Notes under the pieces: model-generated
What the model was told of the DNA's origin: nothing
The model's input: the letters and a program-made list of their open reading frames with translations, nothing else
Database searches by the model: none
NCBI GenBank assembly: GCA_019348115.1
Contig: JAHWKB010000001.1
Location: 1-51,136 of the forward strand
Source of the DNA: Actinomycetota bacterium
GTDB lineage: Bacteria > Actinomycetota > Nitriliruptoria > Nitriliruptorales > Nitriliruptoraceae
DNA: 51,136 bases
Direction: 5' to 3'
Part shown: piece after piece, positions 35,011 through 44,695 of the stretch
How the letters are laid out: the number at the start of each line of letters is the position of its first letter
Numbering within the stretch: the first letter of the stretch is position 1
Program-made: the position numbers and the translations under genes

Positions 35011-35858
35011 GCCGCGCCACGCGCGTCCTCCTGGCGACGCTGCTCGTCGTCGGCTCGGTGGCCGGCAGCGCCGGCGCGGCGGGGCGTTGGCTCCTCACCC
35101 CCGTCGACGACGGGGTCATCACGCTCCTGCTGCTGGGTTCGGACGCGGGCCCTCCCCGGAGCGGCAGCCCCGCGAACGGACGCGCCGACGCGTTCCACCT
35201 CCTGTTCGTGTCCGAGGACCGGCAGCACGCGACCTTCGTGAACATCGCACGCGACGCCTACGTGCCCATCCCGGGGCGCGGCAACGGCAAGATCAACTCG
35301 TGCCTCACGGGCGGGCCGGAGCGCTGCGTCGCGACCGTCGAGCAGACCTTCGGCGTCGACGTCGACCACTACCTCCTCACGTCCATGCACGCGATGGCCG
35401 ACGCGTTCGAGCAGTTCGGCGGGGTCGACGTCCACGTGGACCGACCGCTGACCATGGGTGGTCCCGACATCGCCGCGGGCGACCAGCACCTCAACGGCTT
35501 CCAGGCGCTGACGTACGCGCGCGACCGCAAGAACCGCCCCCGTGGGGACTTCGATCGCAGCACGGCCCAGGCGGAGCTCCTCGCGCTCGCCCACGCCGAG
35601 GCGGTCGCCGATGCCGACCTCGGCAGCATCGCGCGTTCGGTCGCGATCCTGTCCCGCCACGTGATCACCGACATCCCGGACGCGATGCTCCTGCGCTACG
35701 GGTACGCGGCGATGACGCTCCCGCCGCAGAACGTCGCGAACGTCACGCTGCCGGGGCGGATCGGCACGGCCGGCGCGGCCTCGGTCATCTGGCTCGGCGG
35801 TGAGGCCGCCGTGCTCGTCGCCGACGCCGCCGACGGACGGATGGCGGCGGCCGGCTGA
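35007..35858 (+). CDS. LCP (LytR-CpsA-Psr) family cell-envelope phosphotransferase
   Basis: ORF track, 283 aa. It has an N-terminal anchor. Motifs are ITLLLLGSDAG...GRADAFHLLFV, VDHYLL, and FQALTYARDRKNRPRGDFDRSTAQ, which carry the conserved Arg/Asp pattern of LCP domains. Confidence 0.85.
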   Translation: MSRATRVLLATLLVVGSVAGSAGAAGRWLLTPVDDGVITLLLLGSDAGPPRSGSPANGRADAFHLLFVSEDRQHATFVNIARDAYVPIPGRGNGKINSCLTGGPERCVATVEQTFGVDVDHYLLTSMHAMADAFEQFGGVDVHVDRPLTMGGPDIAAGDQHLNGFQALTYARDRKNRPRGDFDRSTAQAELLALAHAEAVADADLGSIARSVAILSRHVITDIPDAMLLRYGYAAMTLPPQNVANVTLPGRIGTAGAASVIWLGGEAAVLVADAADGRMAAAG

Positions 35859-35962
35859 GCGAGCCCGGTCGTCCGGCTGACCGGACGGGAAGGTCGGCGG
35901 CGTTCCGCGCGTTGTCCTGCACCCTTGGAGCACGTACAGCCCCCGACCGGAGGAGTGGCAAC

Positions 35963-36340
35963 ATGGCGACCGTCGAGCTGACCGAACAGAACTTCGAGTC
36001 CACGATCACCGACAACGACATCGTCCTGGTGGACTTCTGGGCGGAGTGGTGCGGGCCCTGCAAGTCCTTCGCGCCCACGTTCGAGAAGAGCTCCGAGCAG
36101 CACACCGACGTGGTCCACGCGAAGGTCGACACCGAGGACCAGCAGCGTCTCGCCGCGGAGTTCGGGATCCGCTCCATCCCCACGATCATGGCCTTCCGCG
36201 AGAACGTGCTGGTCTTCAGCCAGCCCGGCGCGCTCCCGGCCTCCTCGCTCGACGAGCTGATCACCCAGGTGAAGTCCCTCGACATGGACGAGGTCCGCGA
36301 GCAGATCGCCGCCCACGAGTCGGGCCAGCACACCGCCTGA
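35963..36340 (+). CDS. trxA: thioredoxin
   Basis: ATG at 35963 (MATVELTEQNFESTITDNDIVLVDFWAEWCGPCKSFAP...). It has the WCGPC active site, plus a ~20-aa C-terminal extension. Confidence 0.9.
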   Translation: MATVELTEQNFESTITDNDIVLVDFWAEWCGPCKSFAPTFEKSSEQHTDVVHAKVDTEDQQRLAAEFGIRSIPTIMAFRENVLVFSQPGALPASSLDELITQVKSLDMDEVREQIAAHESGQHTA

Positions 36341-36404
36341 CGGCTCCCTCGTCTCGCCGGCGGGGGCCGTCTACGGTGTGCCCCGCCGGGAGCCAGGAGC
36401 GCGG

Positions 36405-37478
36405 GTGAGCGACGAGACCGACGAGCCGTCCGACGACCGGGCGGACGCGCCCGCTCCGACCGGTGACGAGGACGACGACGTCGCGGTGAGTGGGCTCGAC
36501 GGGACCGACAGCGGGCCAGGCTACGAGGTCTTCGCGGCCGTCCGCCGCGTGCTGACCGGCGATCCGCAGCGGTCGCTGGCCGAGGTCGCCGAGGAGGCCG
36601 GCCTCCCCGCGCGCATCCTCGAGGAGGTGTTCGCGGCCATGGACTGGGCCGGGCGCGAGGCCTACGACGAGCGCGACGTCCGGTACGCCAAGGACATCGC
36701 CCGGATGCTCGACTTCTATCCGCTGGACATCGTCCTGCGGAGCCTCGGGACCCGCTACCGCGCCCTGTCGAGCGTCGTCGTCTCCGACCTCGGGACCGTC
36801 CGCGACGAGGTCGTCATGCCGGCGCTCGCGAGCGGCGGCTCCGCCGAGGACCTCGGCGAGGCCCTGGGCCGCGCCGCCGAGGACATCCTGCCGCTCGTGA
36901 CCCGCAACCTGTCCGAGGACTACCGGCACATCCTGCTGGGGCTGCTCGACTCCGACGCGCTCGCCCGTGGCGTCGAGGGCGGACGCGAGATCGACCTCGC
37001 GGTCGGGTTCGTCGACGTCGCCGGCTACACCGCACTGTCCGGGAAGATCGACCCCTCGGGGCTCGACCACGTGCTGTCCGGGTTCGAGGACCTCGTGAAC
37101 ACGGCGGTGACGCGCCACGACGACATCCTCCTCGCCAAGTTCATCGGCGACGCGGCGATGCTCATCGCCTCGGACCCCATCGTGCTCACCGAGGTGCTCC
37201 TCGGGCTCGTGCACGACCAGACCCACATGGCCGAGGCGCCACGCAAGGCGGGCATCGCCCACGGGCCGGTGCTCGTGCGCCAGGGCGACTACTACGGCCC
37301 GACGGCCAACCTCGCCGCACGCCTGACCGACCATGCGCGGGCGTGGTCGCTCCTCGCCGCCGAGGACCTGCGCGAGCGCCTCGAGGCGCACTTCGACGTC
37401 GACTCGATCCCCGAGGCCAAGCTCCGGGGCGTCGGGGAGCACCGGCCCCTCCGGGTGCGCCCGCGCGAGGACGACTGA
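36405..37478 (+). CDS. class III adenylate/guanylate cyclase with N-terminal regulatory domain
   Basis: The preferred start is GTG 36405 (AGGAG plus 5-nt spacer); the track ORF starts at 36378. An acidic N-terminal tail is followed by a helical regulatory domain. Cyclase motifs are VGFVDVAGYTALS, KFIGDAAMLI, and GDYYGPTANLAARL; the metal Asp residues and the Asn/Arg are present. Confidence 0.8.
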   Translation: MSDETDEPSDDRADAPAPTGDEDDDVAVSGLDGTDSGPGYEVFAAVRRVLTGDPQRSLAEVAEEAGLPARILEEVFAAMDWAGREAYDERDVRYAKDIARMLDFYPLDIVLRSLGTRYRALSSVVVSDLGTVRDEVVMPALASGGSAEDLGEALGRAAEDILPLVTRNLSEDYRHILLGLLDSDALARGVEGGREIDLAVGFVDVAGYTALSGKIDPSGLDHVLSGFEDLVNTAVTRHDDILLAKFIGDAAMLIASDPIVLTEVLLGLVHDQTHMAEAPRKAGIAHGPVLVRQGDYYGPTANLAARLTDHARAWSLLAAEDLRERLEAHFDVDSIPEAKLRGVGEHRPLRVRPREDD

Positions 37479-37556
37479 CCGGGCCGGCGGGCGGGTTCGG
37501 CTCCCGGTGCCGGGACTACGTTCGGGCCTCCACCCGACCCCCCGGAGCCGCCCGCC

Positions 37557-39113
37557 ATGAGCACGATCTTCACGAGCCCGTACGACGACGTCGACATCCC
37601 CGTGGTCCCGGTCCACGAGCACGTGCTCGCGCGGGCGCGCGAGCGCGGCGAGCGGCCCGCCATCATCGACGGGCCGACGGGGCGGACCATCACCTACGCC
37701 CAGCTCGCGGACCAGGTCGACCGCGTCGCCGGTGGGCTCGCGGCGCGCGGGTTCGGCAAGGGCGACGTCCTCGCGATCGTGGCGCCCAACATCCCCGAGT
37801 ACGCCGTGGTGTTCCACGCCGTCTCCCGGGTCGGCGGGACGGTCACGACCGTCAACCCCACCTACGGCGCCGAGGAGATCGGCTACCAGTTCTCGGACGC
37901 CGAGGCGACGCTCGCCGTGACGATCGAGATGTTCCTCGACACCGTGCTGTCGGCGGCCGAGCAGAGCGGTGTGGAGGAGGTCTTCGTCCTCGGTGGGGGC
38001 GGCGAGAAGGGCCGACCGTTCACCGAGCTCGTGGGCGAGCCGTTCGACGGCGAGGTCGACATCGACCCGCGCGAGGACGTGGCGGTCCTCCCGTACTCGA
38101 GCGGCACGACGGGCATGCCGAAGGGCGTGATGCTCACCCACCACAACCTCGTGGCGAACCTGGAGCAGTGCGTCGCCGGTGTCGACGTCGGGACCGAGGG
38201 TGAGGAGACCGTCGTCGCGGTCCTGCCGTTCTTCCACATCTACGGCATGCAGGTGCTGATGAACTCCACGCTCGCGCTCGGCAACACGATCGTGACCATG
38301 CCGCGGTTCGACCTCGAGCAGTTCCTGTCGCTCGTGCAGGAGCACGAGGTCACGCGCGCCTTCGTGGTGCCGCCGATCGTGCTGGCCCTGGCGAAGCACC
38401 CACTCGTCGACCAGTACGACCTGAGCTCGCTCACGAACCTGACGTCCGGCGCGGCTCCGCTCGGAGCCGAGCTCGGCAAGGCCGCCGAGGCACGCGTGCC
38501 GACCGCGGAGGTCGTCCAGGGCTACGGGCTCACCGAGACCAGCCCGGTCACCAACCTGTCGCCCGCCGGCGCGGCGAAGCCCGGGACCGTCGGGGTGCTC
38601 GTCCCCAACATGGAGATGCGCATCGTCGACCCGGAGACGGGCGAGGACCTCGGCCCGAACGAGGACGGCGAGGTCTGGTTCCGCGGACCGAACGTGATGA
38701 AGGGCTACCTCGGCCGTGCCGAGGAGACCGGGCAGATGCTCGACGACGACGGGTGGCTCCACACCGGCGACATCGGCCAGGTCGATGAGGACGGCTACCT
38801 CACGATCACCGACCGCCTCAAGGAGCTCATCAAGTACAAGGGCTTCCAGGTGCCGCCCGCCGAGCTCGAGGCGCTCCTCATCACCCACCCGGACGTCGCC
38901 GACGTCGCGGTGATCGGCATCCCCGACGAGGAAGCCGGTGAGCTCCCCAAGGCCTTCGTGGTGAAGACCCCGGACAGCGACGTGTCCGAGCAGGACATCA
39001 TCGCGTACTCGAAGGAGCACCTCGCGTCGTACAAGCAGGTGCGCGAGGTCGAGTTCATCGACGAGATCCCGAAGTCGGCCGCCGGCAAGATCCTCCGGCG
39101 CGAGCTGCGCTGA
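37557..39113 (+). CDS. AMP-dependent acyl-CoA ligase (4-coumarate-CoA ligase-like)
   Basis: ORF track, 518 aa. Motifs are LPYSSGTTGMPKGV, GYGLTE, HTGDIG, and C-terminal IPKSAAGKILRRELR. Confidence 0.85.
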   Translation: MSTIFTSPYDDVDIPVVPVHEHVLARARERGERPAIIDGPTGRTITYAQLADQVDRVAGGLAARGFGKGDVLAIVAPNIPEYAVVFHAVSRVGGTVTTVNPTYGAEEIGYQFSDAEATLAVTIEMFLDTVLSAAEQSGVEEVFVLGGGGEKGRPFTELVGEPFDGEVDIDPREDVAVLPYSSGTTGMPKGVMLTHHNLVANLEQCVAGVDVGTEGEETVVAVLPFFHIYGMQVLMNSTLALGNTIVTMPRFDLEQFLSLVQEHEVTRAFVVPPIVLALAKHPLVDQYDLSSLTNLTSGAAPLGAELGKAAEARVPTAEVVQGYGLTETSPVTNLSPAGAAKPGTVGVLVPNMEMRIVDPETGEDLGPNEDGEVWFRGPNVMKGYLGRAEETGQMLDDDGWLHTGDIGQVDEDGYLTITDRLKELIKYKGFQVPPAELEALLITHPDVADVAVIGIPDEEAGELPKAFVVKTPDSDVSEQDIIAYSKEHLASYKQVREVEFIDEIPKSAAGKILRRELR

Positions 39114-39122
39114 CGCAGCTCC

Positions 39123-39160
39123 GTCCCGACCTGAACCGGACGTCCGGACCAGGTCGGGAC
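39123..39160. terminator. 11-bp perfect stem-loop between the two convergent acyl-CoA ligase genes
   Basis: gtcccgacctg (39123-39133) pairs with caggtcgggac (39150-39160). An inner ccgg/ccgg helix adds to the structure. Confidence 0.6.
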
Positions 39161-39179
39161 ACGAACGCTTCGTCCGCCT

Positions 39180-40793
39180 TCAGCCGAGGCTGCGGCGGAG
39201 GATCTTCCCCGTCGCGGTCTTGGGCAGCTCGTCGCGCACCTCGACCGTCCGCGGGACCTTGTAGGCGGCGAGCCGGTCGCGGCAGAGGGCGACGAGCTCG
39301 TCCTCGGTCGGCACGTCGACGCCGGCGCGGAGGCTCACGAAGGCCTTGACGGACTCGCCGCGGTAGTCGTCAGCGACGCCCACGACCGCCGCCTCCCGGA
39401 CGGCCGGGTGCTCGTAGAGGACGTCCTCGACCTCGCGCGGCCACACCTTGTAGCCCGACGCGATGATCATGTCCTTCTTGCGGTCGACGAGGAAGAACCA
39501 GCCGTCCTCGTCCACGAACCCGACGTCGCCGGTGCGGATGCCGTCCGGGCCGATCGCCTTCGCCGTCTCCTCGGGCTTGTCCCAGTAGCCCGGGACGACC
39601 TGGGGACCCTGCGTGACCAGCTCGCCGATCTCGCGCGGCGGGACCTCGCGTCCGTCCTCCCCCACGATCCGACAGCGGGTCTCCGGGACCGGCACGCCGA
39701 TCGACAGCGCGCCGGTCCCCGGGTCGACCGGAGCGCGCTCCCCGAACGGCACCGCGTGCGACGGCGAGGTCGTCTCGGTCATCCCGTAGATGGGGTGGAT
39801 GTAGGCGCCGAACGCCGTCTCGAACGCCTCGACCGTCGACGGGGCGATGGGGGCGCCGCCGCTGTAGACCTTGGTGAGCGAGGAGAGGTCTGCGTCGGCC
39901 GCCCCGGGCGCGTTCATCAGCGCGATGAACGCGGTGATGGCGCCGACCGTGAACGTGCAGCGGTGCCGCTCGATCAGCGCGAGCGTCTCGTCCGCGTCGA
40001 ACCGGTAGGCGAGGACGAGCGGCAGACCGGCGACCAGACAGACCGCGAGGTGCCCGACGGCTCCCGTGATGTGGAACAGCGGGGCGACGCCGAGGCAGAC
40101 GTCGTCCGGGCCGAGGTCCATCCACGCCCGGTAGACCGCGGCGGCGAAGGCGACGTTGCCGTGGGTGTTGATCGCGCCCTTCGGCGGGCCGGTGGTGCCC
40201 GACGTGTACGACAGCAGCGCAGGGTCCTCCGGCGCGGGCGTGCGAGCTTCCGGCGTCTCGCCGTGGTGCGCCCCGATGAGGTCGAGCAGCCGGTCGACGC
40301 CCGCCGGCTCCGGTCCCGGCGGGAGCACGCGGAGCGCAACCGGGAGCTCGCCGCTCGCGAGGTCACGTGGGTCCGTCACGAGCACGTCGATCCCCCGGTC
40401 ACCGACCGCCTCCGCGACCGTCGCGACGTACAGCTGCGGCTCGGTGACGAGCACGGTCGCACCGCTGTCGTCCAACAGGTACCGCAGCTCGCCGGCGCGG
40501 TACATCGGGTTGACGGGCACGACGACCGCCCCGAGTTTCCACGCCGCCAGCGTGGCGATGGGCGACGTCGGCACGTTCTGCAGCATGACCGCGACGCGGT
40601 CGCCCGCGGCGACGCCACGGGCGGCGAGCCCGACCGCGAGCGCATCCGACAGCTCCGCGAGATCACGGGCGCCGAGGACCGTGCCTCCGAAGACGATGGC
40701 GGGTCCGCGGTCCGCGTCCAGCCCCGCACGGAAGGCCGTCAGGACGTCCGGACGTTCGGGTGTCAGCTGTCCGGGTCGCCGTCCGTCGTCCAT
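39180..40793 (-). CDS. AMP-dependent long-chain fatty-acid-CoA ligase (FadD-like)
   Basis: ORF track, 537 aa. Motifs are LSYTSGTTGPPKGA, YGMTE, RTGDVG, and LPKTATGKILRR. Confidence 0.85.
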   Translation of the reverse strand: MDDGRRPGQLTPERPDVLTAFRAGLDADRGPAIVFGGTVLGARDLAELSDALAVGLAARGVAAGDRVAVMLQNVPTSPIATLAAWKLGAVVVPVNPMYRAGELRYLLDDSGATVLVTEPQLYVATVAEAVGDRGIDVLVTDPRDLASGELPVALRVLPPGPEPAGVDRLLDLIGAHHGETPEARTPAPEDPALLSYTSGTTGPPKGAINTHGNVAFAAAVYRAWMDLGPDDVCLGVAPLFHITGAVGHLAVCLVAGLPLVLAYRFDADETLALIERHRCTFTVGAITAFIALMNAPGAADADLSSLTKVYSGGAPIAPSTVEAFETAFGAYIHPIYGMTETTSPSHAVPFGERAPVDPGTGALSIGVPVPETRCRIVGEDGREVPPREIGELVTQGPQVVPGYWDKPEETAKAIGPDGIRTGDVGFVDEDGWFFLVDRKKDMIIASGYKVWPREVEDVLYEHPAVREAAVVGVADDYRGESVKAFVSLRAGVDVPTEDELVALCRDRLAAYKVPRTVEVRDELPKTATGKILRRSLG

Positions 40794-40834
40794 CGCGGCG
40801 ACTGTAGGCGGCGTGCAGCGTCGAGGGACGGCGA

Positions 40835-41686
40835 TCAGGCGAGGGGGACGGCGGACCCGCTGACGTCGACGCCGGCCCGGTCGTCGTGCACGGCCACCTC
40901 GAGGACGCTCGGGCGCCCCATGTCGACGCCCTGGATGATCGTCACGCGACCGGGGACCGCGATGCGCCCGAGGTCACGCAGGTAGCCACCGAACGCGGCC
41001 GCTGCGGCGCCCGTCGCCGGGTCCTCGACGACCCCACCGACGGGGAAGGGGTTGCGGGCGTGGTAGCGCGCGTCCGTCTCGGCCCACACCACGTCGACGG
41101 TGGTCCATCCCTGCTCGGTCATGAGCGCCTTGAGGTCGTCGAACCGATAGGTCATGCCGGCGAGGACGTCGCGCTCGGCGACGGGTAGGACGAGGTGGCT
41201 CGCGCCGGCGCTCGCGACCACCGGCGCCAGTGCCGGGTCGAGGACGTCGGGGGTCCACCCGAACGTGTCGAGGGCACGAGCGAGGATGTCGGAGCCGACG
41301 TGGCGGTGGGAGGCGGGAGGCGAGGTCAGGGTCGCGACGACCCGGGGACCGTCGCGGCGCACGGCGACCGGGACCGTGTCCGTGCGGGTGGCGAAGGTCA
41401 CGTGGTCGAGCGCGGGATCGCGCTCGACCATCGCCACGGCGGCGGCGATGGTCGCGTGCCCGCAGAAGGTGACCTCGTGCTCGGGGCTGAAGTACCGGAT
41501 GACGTGGACGTCCCGCTCGGCCGACGGCGCCACGAAGGCGCTCTCGGAGAACCCGAGCGCCGCGGCGACCCGCTGCATCTCGTCCTCGTCGGGCAGGACG
41601 TCCGCCAGGACCACCCCGGCGGGGTTCCCGCCACGGGGATCGTCGGTGAACGCGGCGTACCGCAGCGCGGTCAGGGACCCGGCCAT
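40835..41686 (-). CDS. PhzF-family isomerase-like protein
   Basis: Start at ATG 41684-41686, preceded by GAGGAGGAG. The product begins MAGSLTALRYAAFTDDPRGGNPAGVVL...SESAFV...IRYFSPEHEVTFCGHATIA, and a second half carries RNPFPVGGVVEDPATGAAAAAFGGYL. This is the typical PhzF/DAP-epimerase-like duplication. Confidence 0.8.
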   Translation of the reverse strand: MAGSLTALRYAAFTDDPRGGNPAGVVLADVLPDEDEMQRVAAALGFSESAFVAPSAERDVHVIRYFSPEHEVTFCGHATIAAAVAMVERDPALDHVTFATRTDTVPVAVRRDGPRVVATLTSPPASHRHVGSDILARALDTFGWTPDVLDPALAPVVASAGASHLVLPVAERDVLAGMTYRFDDLKALMTEQGWTTVDVVWAETDARYHARNPFPVGGVVEDPATGAAAAAFGGYLRDLGRIAVPGRVTIIQGVDMGRPSVLEVAVHDDRAGVDVSGSAVPLA

Positions 41687-41790
41687 GTCTCCTCCTCGGC
41701 GATCCGACACGCACGCCGGGACGACGGTACGGGGTCGGGCGGGTGGTCCCGCGCATGGACCCACCGGACCGGCGACCCGGAGGAGCGCCC

Positions 41791-44598
41791 GTGATGGCAT
41801 GCTCGTGCGATCGGAGTCGGGTGGGTGCAGCAGTGCGGAGCGGGCTGCCGGTCGGGGTCGCGGCGTTCGTCGGCCGTGCGCAGGAACGCTCGGTGCTGGC
41901 TGATCTGGTCGCGGACGTCCGGGTGGTGACGCTCACCGGTCCGGGTGGCTGCGGCAAGACACGGCTGGCGGTGGAGGTCGCCGGCGACGTGTCCTCGCGG
42001 TTCTCGGACGGGGCCCGCTGGGTGGACCTGCAGGGCGTCACCGACCCCGGACTGGTCGCCCAGGCGGTCGGGGGAGCGGTGGGCGTCCACGAGCGGCCCG
42101 GAGAGCCGCTGACCGACACGCTCGCCGAGCAGCTCCGGACCCGTCATCTGCTGGTCGTGATCGACAACTGCGAGCACCTGGTGGATGCGTGCGCGGACCT
42201 GGTCGGCGCGTTGTCCTCGGCGTGTCCGCACCTGCACGTCCTGGCCACCAGCCGTGTCCCGCTCGCCGTCGCCGGGGAGGCGACGTTCGCGATCACCGGG
42301 CTGCCCGTGCCCGATCCCGCAGCCTCCTCCGCCAGCACCGTGGCGGCCGCGGAGGCGGCGCGGTTGTTCGAGGTACGGGCCCGGCAGGTAGCGGCGGACT
42401 TCCGGATCGGGAACGGCAACGCCGCGGCGGTGGCCCACATCTGCCGACGGCTGGACGGCATCCCGCTGGCGATCGAGCTGGCAGCGGCGCGGGTGCGGAT
42501 GCTGGCCCCGGGGCAGATCGCCGCCGGCCTGTCGGACCGGTTCGGGTTGTTGACCGGCGGGGCGCGCGGCGCGCCGGCGCGCCAGCGGACGCTCGAGGCG
42601 TCACTGGACTGGAGCTACGAGCTGCTCGAGGCCATCGAGCGGATCGCACTGGCGAGGCTCTCGGTGTTCGCGGGGTCGTTCGAGCTCGATGCGGCCGAGG
42701 CGGTGGTGTCCGGGGAAGGCATCGAGGGCGACGACGTCCTCGACCTGGTCGCTGGGCTGGTCGAGCAGTCGTTGCTGCAGGTCACCCAGCATCCCGGCCA
42801 CGTCCGCTACCGACTGCTGGAGACCATCCGCGTGTACGCGAGGCAGCGACTCTCCGAGCTGGACGAACCGGCCCGGGTGCGGGCCCGTCACCTCAGGTTC
42901 TACGTCGGTCTCGCGGCGCGCGCGCACGCGGGCCTCACCGGCGGGCGGCCCGAGACCTGGGTGGCGCGACTCGCGGCGAACCTGGACGATCTGCGCGCCG
43001 CGATGGACCACGCGGTCGAGCGGTGCGATCTGCCGGCGCTGGTGGACCTCACCGAGCCGATCGTCCGCTTCTGGTTCGACCGCGGCCTGTCCCGGGAGGT
43101 GCACCGGCGGCTGCACGAGGCGGGCCGGGCCCCGGACGCCCCCGCCGACCATCGTGTGCGGGGGTTGCTGGCCGCGGCGAGCCTGGCCCTCGCCAGCGGT
43201 GAGCCGGCGGGCGCCCATCGGTCGGCGGTCCAGGCGATCCGCGCCGCACGCACGGCGGAGGTCGCCGGTGCGCTCGCCGTCGCGTTGGGGCAGCGGGCCC
43301 TCACGGGGGCGCTGTCCGGGCTGTCGACCAGTCAGCAGGTCGATGCTGACGTCGAGCGGTCGCTCCGCGATGCGCAGCGGGGCGAGGACGCGTCGACCCA
43401 CGCGTACGTCCTGGCGTTCGGCGGTGCGGCCCTGCTGCACAGCCGCTCGATCGACGCCGCGTACGGGCTGTTCGAGCGTGCCGTCGAGGTGTGTGAGTCC
43501 AACGATCTCACCTTCCAGCTGCCGGCCGCCCACGCCGGGCCCGTGGTGTGGTCGGTGTGGTCCGGGCGGCTCGACCGCTCACGACGACACGCTCGACGGG
43601 CCATCGAGCTCAGCCGACAGGTCGGGCGTCCTGTGTGGGAGTCCGCCGGGCTCACCGGTCTCGGAGCGGCTGCCGTCCTGGAAGGCGACCACGACGGGGC
43701 GCGGGCGTGGCTGTCCCAGGCGCAGGCGGTCCTGGGGTCACAGGGCCTGGAGGGGTCCCTCTACGCCACGTGGGTGCGTCACTGGCTGGCACTGTTGGCC
43801 TACGTGTCCGGCGATCCGGAGACCGCTCGGGTCACCGCCTCCGAGATCGTGCGGGTCGGCCGTGGTGGGGGCAGCCGGTGGGACGAGGCGATCGGCGAGT
43901 GGCTGTTGGGTGAGCTCGCACACGGCGACGGCCGCCGCGACGACGCGCGAACGCACCTGGAGACCAGTCGAGCACTGTCGACCGACCCGCGGCTCGCGTG
44001 GCCCCTGGGTCGGTCGTTGCTCGGCCTCGCCGCGCTGGCCCAGGAGGAGGACGCCGAAGCCGCGTGGGAGCTGGCGCACGACGGACTGGAGGTCCTCGAC
44101 CACTACGGCGACCGCATCGGGGTCACCGCGGCGCTCGAGCAGATCGCGTATCTGGCCATCGCTCTCGACGGGCCCGAGCGGTGCCTGCGTCTGCTCGCCG
44201 CGTCGCAACGGTTCCACGAGGAGACCGGGGTGGCCCGCTTCCCGCACGCGACCGGCCGGTTCGATCGCGCCCGCCGCACCGCGCACGCGGCACTCGACCC
44301 GTCCGAGGCGGCCGCATGTTGGGACGCGGGCGCCGCACGGTCGCTGGCCGAAGCGGTCGCCTACGCACGCCGCGGCCGGGGCGAGCGTCGACGTCCGCGG
44401 GTCGGCTGGATGTCGCTCACCCCCACCGAGCGCGACGTGGTGCGGCTGGTGGCCGAAGGTCACGCCAACGCCGAGATCGGGAAGCGGCTGTTCATCTCCG
44501 TCAACACGGTCAAGAAGCACCTCTCGCACGTCTACGCGAAGGTGGACGTCGGTGGACGTGCGGATCTCGCCGCTCAGGTCGCCCGCCGCGACCTGTAG
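41791..44598 (+). CDS. STAND (NB-ARC-like) ATPase / TPR / LuxR-HTH transcriptional regulator
   Basis: The track ORF starts at 41743. I prefer GTG 41791 or ATG 41794, after GGAGGAG. Motifs are FVGRAQERSVL, intact Walker A (LTGPGGCGKTRLA), Walker B (LLVVIDNCEHL), and DGIPLAIELAA. A long TPR-like region follows. The C-terminal LuxR HTH is LTPTERDVVRLVAEGHANAEIGKRLFISVNTVKKHLSHVYAKVDV. Confidence 0.85.
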   Translation: MMACSCDRSRVGAAVRSGLPVGVAAFVGRAQERSVLADLVADVRVVTLTGPGGCGKTRLAVEVAGDVSSRFSDGARWVDLQGVTDPGLVAQAVGGAVGVHERPGEPLTDTLAEQLRTRHLLVVIDNCEHLVDACADLVGALSSACPHLHVLATSRVPLAVAGEATFAITGLPVPDPAASSASTVAAAEAARLFEVRARQVAADFRIGNGNAAAVAHICRRLDGIPLAIELAAARVRMLAPGQIAAGLSDRFGLLTGGARGAPARQRTLEASLDWSYELLEAIERIALARLSVFAGSFELDAAEAVVSGEGIEGDDVLDLVAGLVEQSLLQVTQHPGHVRYRLLETIRVYARQRLSELDEPARVRARHLRFYVGLAARAHAGLTGGRPETWVARLAANLDDLRAAMDHAVERCDLPALVDLTEPIVRFWFDRGLSREVHRRLHEAGRAPDAPADHRVRGLLAAASLALASGEPAGAHRSAVQAIRAARTAEVAGALAVALGQRALTGALSGLSTSQQVDADVERSLRDAQRGEDASTHAYVLAFGGAALLHSRSIDAAYGLFERAVEVCESNDLTFQLPAAHAGPVVWSVWSGRLDRSRRHARRAIELSRQVGRPVWESAGLTGLGAAAVLEGDHDGARAWLSQAQAVLGSQGLEGSLYATWVRHWLALLAYVSGDPETARVTASEIVRVGRGGGSRWDEAIGEWLLGELAHGDGRRDDARTHLETSRALSTDPRLAWPLGRSLLGLAALAQEEDAEAAWELAHDGLEVLDHYGDRIGVTAALEQIAYLAIALDGPERCLRLLAASQRFHEETGVARFPHATGRFDRARRTAHAALDPSEAAACWDAGAARSLAEAVAYARRGRGERRRPRVGWMSLTPTERDVVRLVAEGHANAEIGKRLFISVNTVKKHLSHVYAKVDVGGRADLAAQVARRDL

Positions 44599-44695
44599 GA
44601 CGCGCCGTGCGCCGAGAGGTACCCGGTCGGGTGACGTTCCCCGGCGTCTGCTGGGTCATGGTCCAGACATGGCCCAGCGACGAAGGAGACGGCAC

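Noticed and set aside
36261-39020. 919-aa minus-strand ORF.
   Set aside because: It is antisense to the thioredoxin, cyclase and acyl-CoA ligase genes, has no motifs, and shows typical GC-frame artefact composition.
42689-44695. N-terminal ~670 codons of the 945-aa plus-strand ORF (42689-45526).
   Set aside because: It is off-frame within the STAND/LuxR gene. The real alpha/beta hydrolase begins at ATG 44696, which has a strong Shine-Dalgarno sequence.
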